From contig OZ024745.1 of NCBI GenBank assembly GCA_964016885.1, forward strand, positions 76,322,001 through 76,386,000: a DNA stretch of 64,000 nt, in the 5' to 3' direction. Source of the DNA: Eledone cirrhosa (lineage: Eukaryota). The position numbers were made by a program, and so were the translations under genes. The notes under the pieces are model-generated. The model did no database searches and was not told the DNA's origin. It saw only the letters and a list, made by a program, of their open reading frames with translations. This document shows positions 42,501 through 53,874 of the stretch, one piece after another (position 1 is the first letter of the stretch; every line of letters begins with the position of its first letter).

Positions 42501-43435
42501 TGAATGTGAAAGTGTTGTTAGGTAGGATTTAGTGAGGTGCATTGCTTTAACTGGACAATGATCTAATCAGGGAATATGTAGTGAAAGATGGGTTTCGAGT
42601 TGAATAAAAGGGTATTTGAAGAAACAATATCATACTGATACACATAGATGAGGATATAAACAGGTGCATCAATCGAAGATTTTGTTGAGAAGTGTAAACA
42701 ACAGCTGGAGTAACACTTTGAACTAAGTAACTGTTTAATTTATGCTTTCAGCATAATTCTATGAGAAAAATATCGAAAATTTTAGAGGAAGGATTGAAAG
42801 CTTTATTTCTTTGTATTATAGAAACATATTTCTATACTATTTATATTTAAAAATATACATTGAAAAATATATTCATTAAAATTCTGCTTGCCAAAAAAAA
42901 ATTATAAACTAGTTATTTCCTTTAGCTGCAACACATGACGTCATGCTAAACCGGTTCATATGAAAATAATTATTTGATACGGATATTGAAACGATTATTG
43001 GCTGTATCGTTAGAGCGTCACACCACGCTTTGTAGCACTGTCATGACCCTTTAAGTTCTGAGGTCAAATCTCGCCGAGGTTAACTTTGTCTTTCATCCTT
43101 ACAGGGTCGATAAAATAAAGCACCAGCAATGCGTTGGGGGTAATTGCCGGCCTTGTGCCAAAAGTAGAAACAATTATATTTATATAAATTGAAGACGGTT
43201 GGAATTAGTAATTTTGATATCCATTATATTTTCAAAGCAAAGAATAATACAACCAAAAGGGATGGTTGTCATATAATAACCTAATTTATATTTCATATTC
43301 ATCTCTTTTCTTTAGGGTCCTCGACATAAGTTTGCGCTACTTTCGAAATATAGCTGTATAAGCCACAATCCCGCTCTGAGTGCAACTCAACCACTTCGGA
43401 AAGCAATTGAAGGAATGTTGACTTACAGATATTAA
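27153..43435 (+). CDS. Divergent A/B-type cyclin (cyclin B-like or cyclin P/CNTD2-like), 8 coding exons, 399 aa
   Basis: Exons 27153-27299, 27585-27744, 29146-29255, 30410-30514, 33217-33372, 33663-33821, 35595-35837, 43316-43435. All introns are GT-AG with consistent phases; 1200 nt open including stop. Cyclin box: EYAQDIMKYLK..SRRIVIDWIINVQ..EETLMLTVKLIDGYL..LQLLGIACLFLASKF..LIYLTDNSYSKQQLLKKELLVLKVMNFDLSIPTPIVFLGRF. C-terminal fold: KYLLNLTLVD..YRPSEITASAL..WTPGLTYYTGY. Confidence 0.9.
27585..27744 (+). CDS. Cyclin exon 2
   Basis: ttcatcag acceptor, open frame, GTATAT donor; phase 1 matches exon 3. Confidence 0.7.
28060..28810 (-). mobile_element. Decayed RTE LINE fragment in cyclin intron 2
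   Basis: KAVKEFKCGKAAGEDEIRSEMLKAL..IIPIFKKG; WREYFAD. Confidence 0.75.
29146..29255 (+). CDS. Cyclin exon 3 (..CGEYAQDIMKYLK)
   Basis: Cyclin N-terminal helix motif; AG acceptor, GTAAGT donor. Confidence 0.88.
29750..29876 (-). mobile_element. SINE family A, 5'-truncated
   Basis: Family A body and tail. Confidence 0.82.
30410..30514 (+). CDS. Cyclin exon 4 (EIETKW..SRRIVIDWIINVQ)
   Basis: MRAIL-helix equivalent; ttttag acceptor, GTAGG donor. Confidence 0.9.
31273..31360 (+). ncRNA. Degenerate hammerhead-like remnant (probable Penelope-like terminal repeat)
   Basis: CUGAUGA (31305) and GAAAC (31328) inside an outer stem ACCGAAUGAG/CUCAUUCGGU; inner stem I and cleavage site appear deleted. 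Confidence 0.4.
31790..32290 (-). mobile_element. Decayed CR1/L2-group LINE 3' fragment
   Basis: QRLITKSIDGMTSLDYW..LKLYFLQRCREHYIICIMWKI. Confidence 0.6.
32340..33060 (-). mobile_element. R4/Dong-like RLE non-LTR retrotransposon 3' fragment
   Basis: KCNLY..EEGTHIISSC zinc motif; NRPDIMIWDREKK..VVE..KENIY..FIPVIIGTLG RLE. Confidence 0.75.
33217..33372 (+). CDS. Cyclin exon 5 (EETL..LQLLGIACLFLASKF)
   Basis: Cyclin box helices 2-3. Confidence 0.92.
33663..33821 (+). CDS. Cyclin exon 6 (LTDNSYSK..FDLSIPTP)
   Basis: Cyclin box helices 4-5. Confidence 0.92.
35595..35837 (+). CDS. Cyclin exon 7 (Cyclin_C domain)
   Basis: KYLLNLTLVD..PSEITASA..WTPGLTYYTGY. Confidence 0.92.
38530..38770 (-). mobile_element. 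SINE family C-related copy
   Basis: gtcttgctcaaggacacaacgc..ttgaactc; minus-strand tRNA-like head. Confidence 0.7.
39200..39535 (+). mobile_element. Family B copy within (TA/TG)n microsatellites, cyclin intron 7
   Basis: Near-identical to ~11778-12115; C2H2 remnant [24 protein letters not shown] in frame. Confidence 0.85.
41509..41727 (+). mobile_element. SINE family A, long variant
   Basis: Head and body match. Confidence 0.8.
42995..43177 (+). mobile_element. SINE family A
   Basis: Head, body and tail match. Confidence 0.8.
43316..43435 (+). CDS. Cyclin exon 8 (terminal; GPRHKF...YRY*)
   Basis: Strong polypyrimidine acceptor; R-x-K-F..K-Y matches the usual cyclin tail (avreKY..sky); AATAAA at ~43831. 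Confidence 0.7.
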   Translation, partial: GPRHKFALLSKYSCISHNPALSATQPLRKAIEGMLTYRY

Positions 43436-43627
43436 ACTTTTGCTGCTGGTGTTTCATTTCTAATACTCTTTATTCAGTGTTTCTGTGAATTTAGGAACAA
43501 TTTGAACAATTGTTATGCATTTGTAATTTTTGCATAGTTTTTTTCTAAAATGATTAAAGAGATAATTAAATTTTGTCTTTCATTGTTTCATCTAAAAATG
43601 TTTTTGTTAATTTAAATTTAAGTTTTT

Positions 43628-43669
<42 letters not shown>

Positions 43670-44714
43670 ATAATCATGTTACGATGTTTAGAACAACCAT
43701 GTTTCAATACATTCGATTACTTTTTATGTATTTTTATGAATTAGGCTTATTGTTTCAGATATAATTTTCTATATTTGTATTCGTGAGAAATAAGGGGAAC
43801 AAATGTAAAAAGAACATACACAAAGAAAAAAATAAATAAAATAAAATTGAGCAAAGAAAAATAATTATTTTTACTCTTTATTAACATTTTGTTGGAAAAA
43901 TTTTCTATTTTTCAAACCCTTGTTTAGGTCTTCTATTGATTAAATTTATACAAAATTATGTCTTCCAAAATTCTTCATGTCGGCTTTTTTTAAATTTTTT
44001 AATTTTTTTACGATATTTTCTTCTGTATCTGCTACTCTTATAAGCAGTGTATTTGCTTGTTTATCTTGTGTCTATTTGTCCTAAGTCACAGCTATCTATT
44101 TCAGAGAGAAACATCAAAACAAACACGCTTCAGTCATGTAAAATTGTACATTCCCCCATAAGAACAATTCAGTTTACTCTGTAGATGATCGAAACAGTTA
44201 CATGCAATGATTAAATTGAATACTGTCATTATTATCGAGTTTCATTAATTATCGACGGTGATAAGTGCCATTGTGATTAGAACATAATATAAAAATTGCG
44301 GGGCTTCGTTAATTATGCGGATCTGTATTGGCCTATAGTGGAAAGCAATCACTCCATGGTCTTTACTTAGTTTAATGGGGCAAAGTACTCAAAATCTATG
44401 GCAGTATGTGTATCAGCGGAAGGTAAATCAATGGTATGTCAATTTGACCGGCTGTGAGATTGTTTTACGGTTAATTTAAATAATGTAAAATAAAAGCTGA
44501 GCTCCGCTGCTAGCGACTCGTAGTTTAAATTAAAGGTTCTCCATATTTTTACTCCAAGAACCTTCTCCGTCCAAACCATTACATAGGACATGTTGTTCTA
44601 GGTATATTGCTTATATAAGTAGAATTCAAAAAAAAAATATTTGCACTTTTCAGTGCAATAAAAATAGCAAGGTATGCAGGAGAATTGTGAAGAATTAATT
44701 TACATCAACTGAAT

Positions 44715-45030
44715 TGCTTTGTCGAAGCCATCTAACTATATGGTCCGGAGCGCTGGAGATATGATGGTTGCTACAGCAAGATGTTACGCGTGATGTCCGA
44801 CATCACACTACCAACAAAGTTATTTATGGTGACCTACCACGAGTTTCTTTAAAATTTCGATCCCGTCGCTTGGCTCTTGCTGGTCATGTTTACCACCACG
44901 ATGAACCTGCAAAGAAACTGCTTCTCTGGTCACTAGATCCAAAGCACAAAGCAAGACGTCCGAACATTAGACGGGATCTTGCTGCGATGAGAAATCGAAG
45001 TCTGAAACAAGAAGAATTTACATCGTAAAC
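44715..45030 (+). mobile_element. Decayed RTE/RTEX-like LINE 3' fragment
   Basis: IYGDLPRVSLKFRSRRLALAGHV..KLLLW. Confidence 0.6.
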
Positions 45031-46702
45031 ATATTTCAATATCTAAGGAAAAGGCTTTCAGACATGTGAACATTTTTAATATCACAAATATTTCTTGCTT
45101 CAGTATTTCTTCGCAGTCTAAGTTTTACTTTATATTTTTTTGTTGGTAATCATCGCAGTGTAATTGTTTTTTTTTATTTTATTTTATTTTGTTTTTTACA
45201 ACTTTTTAATCTCGTATTTCTATTTGCACGTTCGTTATTGGGAATTTATTTCCTCATTAAGATGTTAGTGTCATTTTATTTTATGAGAAAATAAATCAGT
45301 TAATTTGTGACTATTATAGCATAAAATTGTTTCAAAATTCATAAAAACTAAAATATTGGAAAATATTTTGCTTAAAAACAGAAAAAAAAAAAAAATGGCA
45401 TCGCTACTCTTAAACAATAATACATAGACAAGTCATTGGACGAATGTTGATTTTATATAAAATAACCAAGCGTTTTTCCTATTCTTTCCGTTGAATGCAC
45501 AATTTTTCAAATTACAGTAATGAGTGAATAAAAATTATTCCTTACTTAACTGTAACGGGATAAAAATAGGAATGCGGCAGTATTTAATTATAAATATTAG
45601 TGACGCTGATGTGGCGAAATGAAATAATTCAAATATGAGAATCGAAACGGATCCAGATTTGGTTCACCAAGAAGTAAAATATAAGATCATAAGGAAGATA
45701 ATTGAAATGATTTTGACAATATAGATGTAATACAGTTATATATTTAATAATTTTGCTGTAACAAAAAAAGGCCTGATTTAGAGTGGTAAACAAATACAGA
45801 ATAGTGAATTAAATTCTTGTTAGAATTATCGCCAATTTAATATTCAGGGTCACTTTTTCATTAGAATAGTCACTAGAAGCACATTTTCATAATTTAAATA
45901 TATAGCATGTTAATAACCATCAACAAAACGATTCTGATTGTATATCTCTGAATGGCGCTCTGTAGATAAACTAAATTTAACGAATTACAGATTTTATGTT
46001 TGATCAAGTTTGTGCAATTTTTTTAATGAAAGACGACACTTTTAATGAGTAAAAATTGAATGGCTAATTTTGGTCGAGAGAGGAAGAAGAAAATATAACT
46101 TGTTCAAATACTCATATAAATCCGTGAAAAAACTGTTTGAATGCCTAGTCTAATTTGTACGCCGTTGAGAAAATTAATACCAATAATCTACTAATTATAT
46201 CCTATCCATCCCACTTGCGCAAAATAATTTGTATCTAATCAAAAGAAGCCATCATAATTATTTGCTTCTTTTGACTATGCAAAATAACTATTTTAGAAGA
46301 GGAATTGCTAAATTCTAGGGTTAAAGTATTTTCCAAAGATTTTGATATAAAAAATGAAATGAAATAGCGTCCCAAATTAGATTATCTGGAACCTTATTAT
46401 TTTACGTCAGATACCTTCAGCGATTAAAGAAAATAACAAATACCACAGAGCAGACGTATGCAAAAATCAAGCTAGTTCAGTTCTAGTATGAAAATGTTTA
46501 CTTAATTAATGCCATTGGAAAAACAATGAAGTTACAAAGAAGTTTCTCTATCCATAAATCAGACATGATTAGTGCTAAAAGCGACTGACACAAACGTAAT
46601 CCGGAATTAAATGATGTATTCAGAGTTTACTATCTTGCTCTTGATTTCCAGTACTGCTTGAACAAAAAATATTCTATTCTATTATATTATTTAAATCTAC
46701 CC

Positions 46703-46894
46703 TAGGGCGGTAGATTGGCAGTATCGGTAGAGGGTCGGACGCCATGCTTTCCAGCATAGTTACGTCCCTTTACGATCTGAGTTCAAATCCCGCCGAGATT
46801 GACTTTGCCTTTCATCCTTACGGGGTCGATAAAATAAAGTACCAGTAATGCACTGGGTAATTGCTGGTCTTGTGCCTAAAGTAGAAACAATTAT
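46703..46894 (+). mobile_element. SINE family A, full length, with 17-bp TSD
   Basis: TSD ATTATTTAAATCTACCC at 46686-46702 and 46890-46906. Confidence 0.92.
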
Positions 46895-47215
46895 TTAAAT
46901 CTACCCCCAAAGAAAAACAAAAAATACGTGTTGCTGGCTGTGGGCGGTCATTATCTTTGGTGATTCAGAAGTTTATTTAAAATACACATTAACCGCACAA
47001 GGTTGCAAACTGTGCCTTGTGTGACTGTCTAATCCAGTTGTGTCATCGCCCCCCTCACGGCTAAGTAGTATCCTCAGCGCCCCACCCTATTTCCAGAGAG
47101 ACTTCTCTACACATAAATTGTAAATAATATATAATAAATTAAATCGTTAATTTATATATAATAAATAATATAATATATACTATGTATAAATAGATATTAA
47201 ATATTTTTTTTATTT

Positions 47216-47251
<36 letters not shown>

Positions 47252-47484
47252 TATTTGATATTTAATATACAATTATATAATCTCAACCACCCCACCACCA
47301 CCACCTTAGGCCCCAGCGCCTCCCCCCGGGGGAGGAGGAGATAGCGTCCACTTAGCGAACCTCTGATCTAATCATTGGGGTATACAGCCAACAAATACCT
47401 TTTTAATACGGATTTATGATGGCACTAATGACTTGACAAAAAGGATTGCTAACAATCTCTAGGTTTTATATAAAAAATATTAAA

Positions 47485-48110
47485 ATACATATTGGAACAT
47501 GGTGTACCAAATATTGATGCAAAAGCAAATAAAGATAATGAAACAACACAAAATTAATATTTTGATTCTGAGTGAAACTAGATGTAGAGGATAGATCACA
47601 TTATTACGACAGAAACCAACAATCTTTTGATCTCTGGCAGAGAAGATATTTAACGTGCTGGGGTCGGCTGCTTATTGAATAATAAAGCTGTAAGAGGATT
47701 ATCTGTATAAAAATATTTAGCTAATGACAATGCCTTTAGTGAAACGTAAAGCTAATTAATATGACAAAAGTATTATTGTTTGTTATGCACCAATAAATAA
47801 TGAAATGATGAAGAGGAAACTTATTTCTACCAAGAAGGAATTAATAGCATACCAGCATGAGACCTGAAAATTGTGATCGCCTATCTTAGTGAGAAAGTTG
47901 CCTATAACAACGCTGATATGTAACAGACGATGGAAGAGGCTTCGGAAAATGCTGCAAGACTCATCAACGTGTGTACAGCCAACAATCTAATCACAAGTAA
48001 TACTTACTTTCAATGCAGGAATATTTATAAATATATCTGGAGATTTTCACATAAAAATATCGTAATCAAATTGATTATATTTCGATAAATCAGGAAATAT
48101 AAAAATTTGG
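47485..48110 (+). mobile_element. Highly decayed RTE AP-endonuclease remnant
   Basis: IGTW, CYAP, NNLITSNTYF and NQIDYI motifs spread across frames. Confidence 0.55.
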
Positions 48111-49976
48111 CTTCGATATGTTAGAAGATGTCGCGTTACATTGAATCCCTTTACATCAGATAGCGTTAGAGGTGGTAATAGTAATAGGTTTGGTCGATTA
48201 AGCTGAATGAGCTTCTCGTTTGCAAATATAACGTAGTTACGTACTTTCCCCATAATCAATCACTATTAAAAAAATTTACAAATTTGTATCCCACATTGAA
48301 GTGCAGTCTAACTAGAAATATTCTGTTGATGTGAATTATTTTATTACTAGGGTGCTTCTTTATATCAATGAATTTTAGACTCATTTACAACGATATGCAT
48401 TCAATTGCCCTAACATCAATTTTCTCTCACAAAATTTATACCAATATAATATTATTCGGGGCCATGTTTGTCTTTGCTAATAAAATTTTAAAACTCTTCC
48501 TGGATGATATTTTTAGAATTATTAATATTTTTCCTTTTCTTTGAGAAATTTTATGCGAATTAGAAATGAATTAGTGTCCTTTCACTTTGACAATTTCGAA
48601 AATCTTATTCAATTTCCAGACATTCATTTAATATTAATAAATAGTTACAATGTAACTAATTATAGATAACATAAGTTGCTATAGCAATATGAAAAATACG
48701 GAGGCGAAAAGTCTTTGAAGAATTTTATTTATTTATTCATTTTATTGTATATTTGGCTATAAGGTAAAAGAAATCTTTAAATTCAATTGGATCAGATTGA
48801 AAATATTTCAGCTTTAATTTGATTTGTCAAATGATCAGATATAGAGCTCATACAGGTTGTGTTGGATTCTAAAATATATACACTATTTATATATTCACAA
48901 TAAACGAATTAATAACATAATATATGCAGTCTATTATGTAGAGTATTAATGTTAAATTGTATAACTGAATAAACTATAGGAATCTACAGGTAGTGAAGGG
49001 TACCAGTCATATATAAAACTCCATGATGTGTTTGGTAGACCTGTCAACTCTCCCCGTCCGACGAGGAAGATCTCCCACCCACCCCAAGGTGGGTGAGAGA
49101 TGTCTTCTCTTGTGAAAATGGGTATAGCTTTCATTATGTAAAATCTTCCCATTTTGCCTCATTTCTCCCTGTTTACGTATTTTGTTTTACATCTGTGTGT
49201 GGAATGTGTCACTTGATACCGTATTGAACAACAAAATTCCCATGAAATTGAACACCCAAACTATAGTTCATGTTCAATGGTAAAACTGTGGGTCTGGGAT
49301 TTGAAACTGAATATTAGAGCAACTGGGATTTGAAACTGAATATTTGAAAGCAACAGAGAAAGAAAATATTGATTTTACTGTTTACTACGAGAAATGTACA
49401 GACCACGTGGTATTTATTACGAGTAAGCGGATTGAGCTTTTTGAGTATTCAGTTTAATTCGTCAATTAGTTGCCTGCTATCTCATTGAATCAGTCATTTG
49501 CAACACACAAAATCAACTTTATAACAATCAAAGAAAACCGAAGTGGAAAATGATTTAGATAACTAAAATATTTTCGTATCTAAATAATTTATATTTTCAA
49601 ATAAAAGCAATATTATGTAGTATGCATTTATTACTAACAGAACAGCCGAACTAAATGACACTTCCTGGTCCACCTACTCACTTTTTATGATATTTTGTTT
49701 GCTGTAACATCAATGGGTTTTCGTATATAAATCAAACGAACAAATTGCTTTCACGTATTTTTATTTTATGCAACTGAAAAGTGAATAAATTACGCCTACA
49801 GATATTAATGGCGTATTTTAGCATCAGTCTAGAATATCGGGATGTTTTACTGGCTCGACTCACGTGGGTGAAGTTGTGTATGTGTGAGTGTATGTGCCTG
49901 TGCGCCTGTACATTGTGGCAATCTATTAAGTATGTGTATACGTATGCGTGTTTATTGGTTGTTTCTGATTGTTAGT

Positions 49977-50023
<47 letters not shown>

Positions 50024-50042
50024 GTGTGTGTGTGTGTGTGTG

Positions 50043-50084
<42 letters not shown>

Positions 50085-51441
50085 CTGTGTGTAAGCATCT
50101 TTCCATATTTATTTCCTGTAATTAACTTAAATATTGTATTCATATTTTAACATTACGATCACGAATAAAAAAGGAAAAGAATAAAAAAAGTATAATGACT
50201 TAAGGAAACACAACTATAACTGCCCCGGAATACTGAATAATTTGATTCAGGATTTTGTAGCAATAAGGATTGGTAGGATTGGTAGCATTGGTAGAATTAT
50301 CGGAAAAATATTTTACGGTGTTTAGATTCTACGTTCAAATTCTACCGAGGTCGAGTTTGCATCACATTTGATAAAATAAAACGCTAGTCGATCACTGAAG
50401 CCGATTTTAACTCTAATTCTCCTTAGAGATTTCGAGTGAATTCTGTTGTGCACAAAAGTGTTTCTTCCCTAAAGTAGTTTCCATGAGATAAAATGAGTTA
50501 AAAAATATAATAAAAATGTGTTATGTTTTTTAATTTGAATACATTTTATCGCTAAAGCAATTTTTCAAAACACTTGATGGTGGTTCCCAGCATGACCGCA
50601 GTCCAATGATTGAAACCAGTAAAAGAATAAATTATATTCCTGAAAACCAACTTTTGTTTATAAGTCTGCTCAATCAGGACTTAATAAAGAACAAGGTGTT
50701 GAAATTCACTATAAACAACTATTCGGTTACTAATTTATTATTAGATAGTGTAATGGTTTCCAAGATTATTTTGTCGTGGAACTCATATATAATTTTCCGA
50801 TCATTGCGGAATTCATGCATATCTTTCATGGACAATCCCCGTCACCCCCTAATATTAATATGTCATTAAACGAAACAAATATTGTTTTAGAGCGACAATC
50901 TTTTCACAGACAAACATACAGACAGACCCCCCCCCCCACACGCACACGCGCACACACACACACACACAGATCGACACACAGACAGACAGACAGGCAGACA
51001 CACAGACAGACAGACAGACAGACACATACACACATACACACATATATATATATATATGCGTGTACAGATAGAAGAATGAGGAGAGTGAATTGGCACAGTC
51101 ATTAGGATATCGGATTAAAATGGCTCGTTATTCCATGGGACTTAGCATGCTGTGAGTTCAAGTCACGACAAGGTCAACTTTGCGTTCATCGTTTCGACGT
51201 CTATAAATAAGATTCTAGTCCAGTATTGGGTTGATTCCTCCTCTAATCCTTTCTTTCACTCTCTCGCTTCCTTTTTTCTTGAAGAAATCTAGAAGGATAA
51301 ACCTGCTAGGATAAAAAAAAAAAAAAAGCCCAAAGACATGTCGTGAGTTTGCGCGAGCCCCCTATGACTCTATCAAAAGTTAAAATCCCTTTGCTGATAT
51401 ATATCTATATGAATTTACAGATCACGTTTTCTTGGAATGAA

Positions 51442-51538
51442 AATAATTGTTTCTACTTTTGGCACAAGGCCAGCAATTACCCAGTGTATTACTGGTACTT
51501 TATTTTATCGACCCCGTAAGGATGAAAAGCAAAGTTAA
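51442..51538 (-). mobile_element. SINE family A 3' fragment
   Basis: Body and tail match. Confidence 0.8.
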
Positions 51539-52519
51539 TGTTGTCAATGACAATGATATTAATGATAATGTCAGCATTCACAATATCCATCAAAATGCTA
51601 AAAAATTCTTTGTTACATTTTTCAGACAGCTGAATTCATCTGATCACGTGTTCAAGCTGAAACAATTTAATCTTAATATAGCCATTAAACGTTTAAAACA
51701 CTTCAGTGATCTGATCGAAATGTATGTTGATGCTTTATACATATTATTGCCATGGCAGTAAATTGGGAAAAACGACAGAAAGACAAATAAAATACTTTGT
51801 TAGTACCTAGTCACATTTTATTTTTACGTTCTGAGTTCAAATCCCGCTGAGGTCGACTTCGTCATTTTTCCGTGGTCAATAAAATAAAGTGCCAGTCAGG
51901 TGGTGGACGATGTAATCGACTATGCTATTTTTTCCCAAATTTATGGCCTCGTCAGAAATCTACTTATATATACTATTGTAAAACAGATTAAGTAAGCAGG
52001 AATGTTTGTATATTTTAAATGCTCCCTGTCACAATACAATTGATATCACAAATGTAAATATTACTTAAAGTGAATGAGAGAGAGAGAGAAGTTAATAGTT
52101 GCATGTGTCAATGCCCCCCCCCCCCCCCCACCACCACCAGGTATCGATGGTTGATCCCATCGAAAACTTTCGATTGATCTAAATTGATCAGAATCCTACC
52201 GAAGCCGGATGTATTCCCTACTCTCTCTATGATGCATCACATGAGGTGGATGTTATTAGGAATTCTAGTTCGGTACTAGAATCCCTTTGATTTTTATAGC
52301 TCCTAGGTGATAATATAAAAAAATGATCAGTAATATTCACCATAACGCCTTAATCTAGGTTTAATTTAGTACTCTAGCGCCATAATTACTTTAACGGATT
52401 TCATATATTTTCTAATTTAGGCACACGTCCAGGAAATTTTAGAGCGGAGAGGACTGTGTTTGACTGGTTATCTATTTAATCGACCTTAGAAGGATGAAAG
52501 GAGAACTTTTTTTGATAAA

Positions 52520-53420
52520 TCCTATTTAAAAGGAGATGGAAATGTGTATTGAAGCAAGAATCATATCTCCCACGGAGAATTAAAACAGCTAATGATGTTT
52601 TAGTGAGCAAGTAGACATGTTAATGACCCTGATAATTATGTTTTCAAAGATTGTTGAAACTAAGACCGTTGAAAATCTTTATAAAAAGTAGAAATTATAA
52701 TAAAAGGTTGAAATTATCAAAGAATCCATCTGAACTATTCAATGCTGGAGACTAATTAATTGTATTTGTGTGTGGATGGGTTGATATAGTGTGAAAAAAC
52801 AGGGTTTACCGTCGTATCATCATTTAGATGTGAGAAGGTTGGATGTAATAATGCAAAAGAACAGGAAGCAATTAGAATCTTTTCTCAGACTTGTTAATTT
52901 CTATTGGACATTGATTGTTCATTATTCAGACCATATATCAACACCCACAGCACTTCATAAATCTAGTATCCCATTTTTGAGCAGTCCAACAACATAAACA
53001 AATTACCATATAAAGCTGATATGAGCATCAAAGCCAGTGGTCCAAATTTATGGTGCTGTAAAAGAAGTTACTTAAACATCTGATGCAAATGAAAAGGCTG
53101 TATAAAGGATATTTTTTCAAGACGACGAATCTTGTATTATATCTGTCAAAAATATTCACCATAATTTAATCGAGATACTGATATGTTGGAAGGGGAGCCT
53201 TGGCGATTGTATTGTTTTCTCAAATTCTGCGTGACCAAAAATTTAAATAAGTTACAAGTTGTAGCTGAATTTATCTTTAGCAAGAATTGTGGTTTTCCGA
53301 AAGCCCCCTCCTGCCTATACTTTAATATGGGTCTTACAAATGACAGCTTTCAATTATGAGATATATCATGTAAAGGAATTTGAAATCCCACACATGTTGA
53401 GGCATTATTACGATTTGAAT
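52520..53420 (+). mobile_element. Decayed Gypsy-type pol (RT/RNase H) remnant
   Basis: KQLESFLRLVNFY, SDAN, WVLQMTAFNYEIYHVK; many stops. Confidence 0.6.
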
Positions 53421-53874
53421 TTATTAATTGTGTTGGTTTGGACGAACGTGATCATAATAACTATTCATCTTGAAATTGATGTAGTAAAACGTGAAATTAG
53501 AAAGTGTCAACAATAATATATTACCTAGCATATTAAAAAAAGGGACTATCTATCCATCTATCTATCTACGTTTTTATTGTATGTAAACTTCCCCCTTTGT
53601 ATTTGTCCCTTTCTTTTATGCCCCTGTGGCTAATAAAGAAACATATCTATCTATCTATCTCTCTTTCTGTCTGACGTGTGGAACATCGCCGGTAAGCTTT
53701 TTTGTTAATTTTTATGCAAAAAACCCAACTAATTGTTTGAAAAAACATAACACTTTGTAGATTAACCCCAAGCTGAATTGTCAGCTGGGTAGTAATCCCA
53801 CTTTTCGCCCCTGGAGGGGCGAAAATTTTATTTTAAAAATGTTTTAAAATATAAGATTTTACAAACTAAATAAC

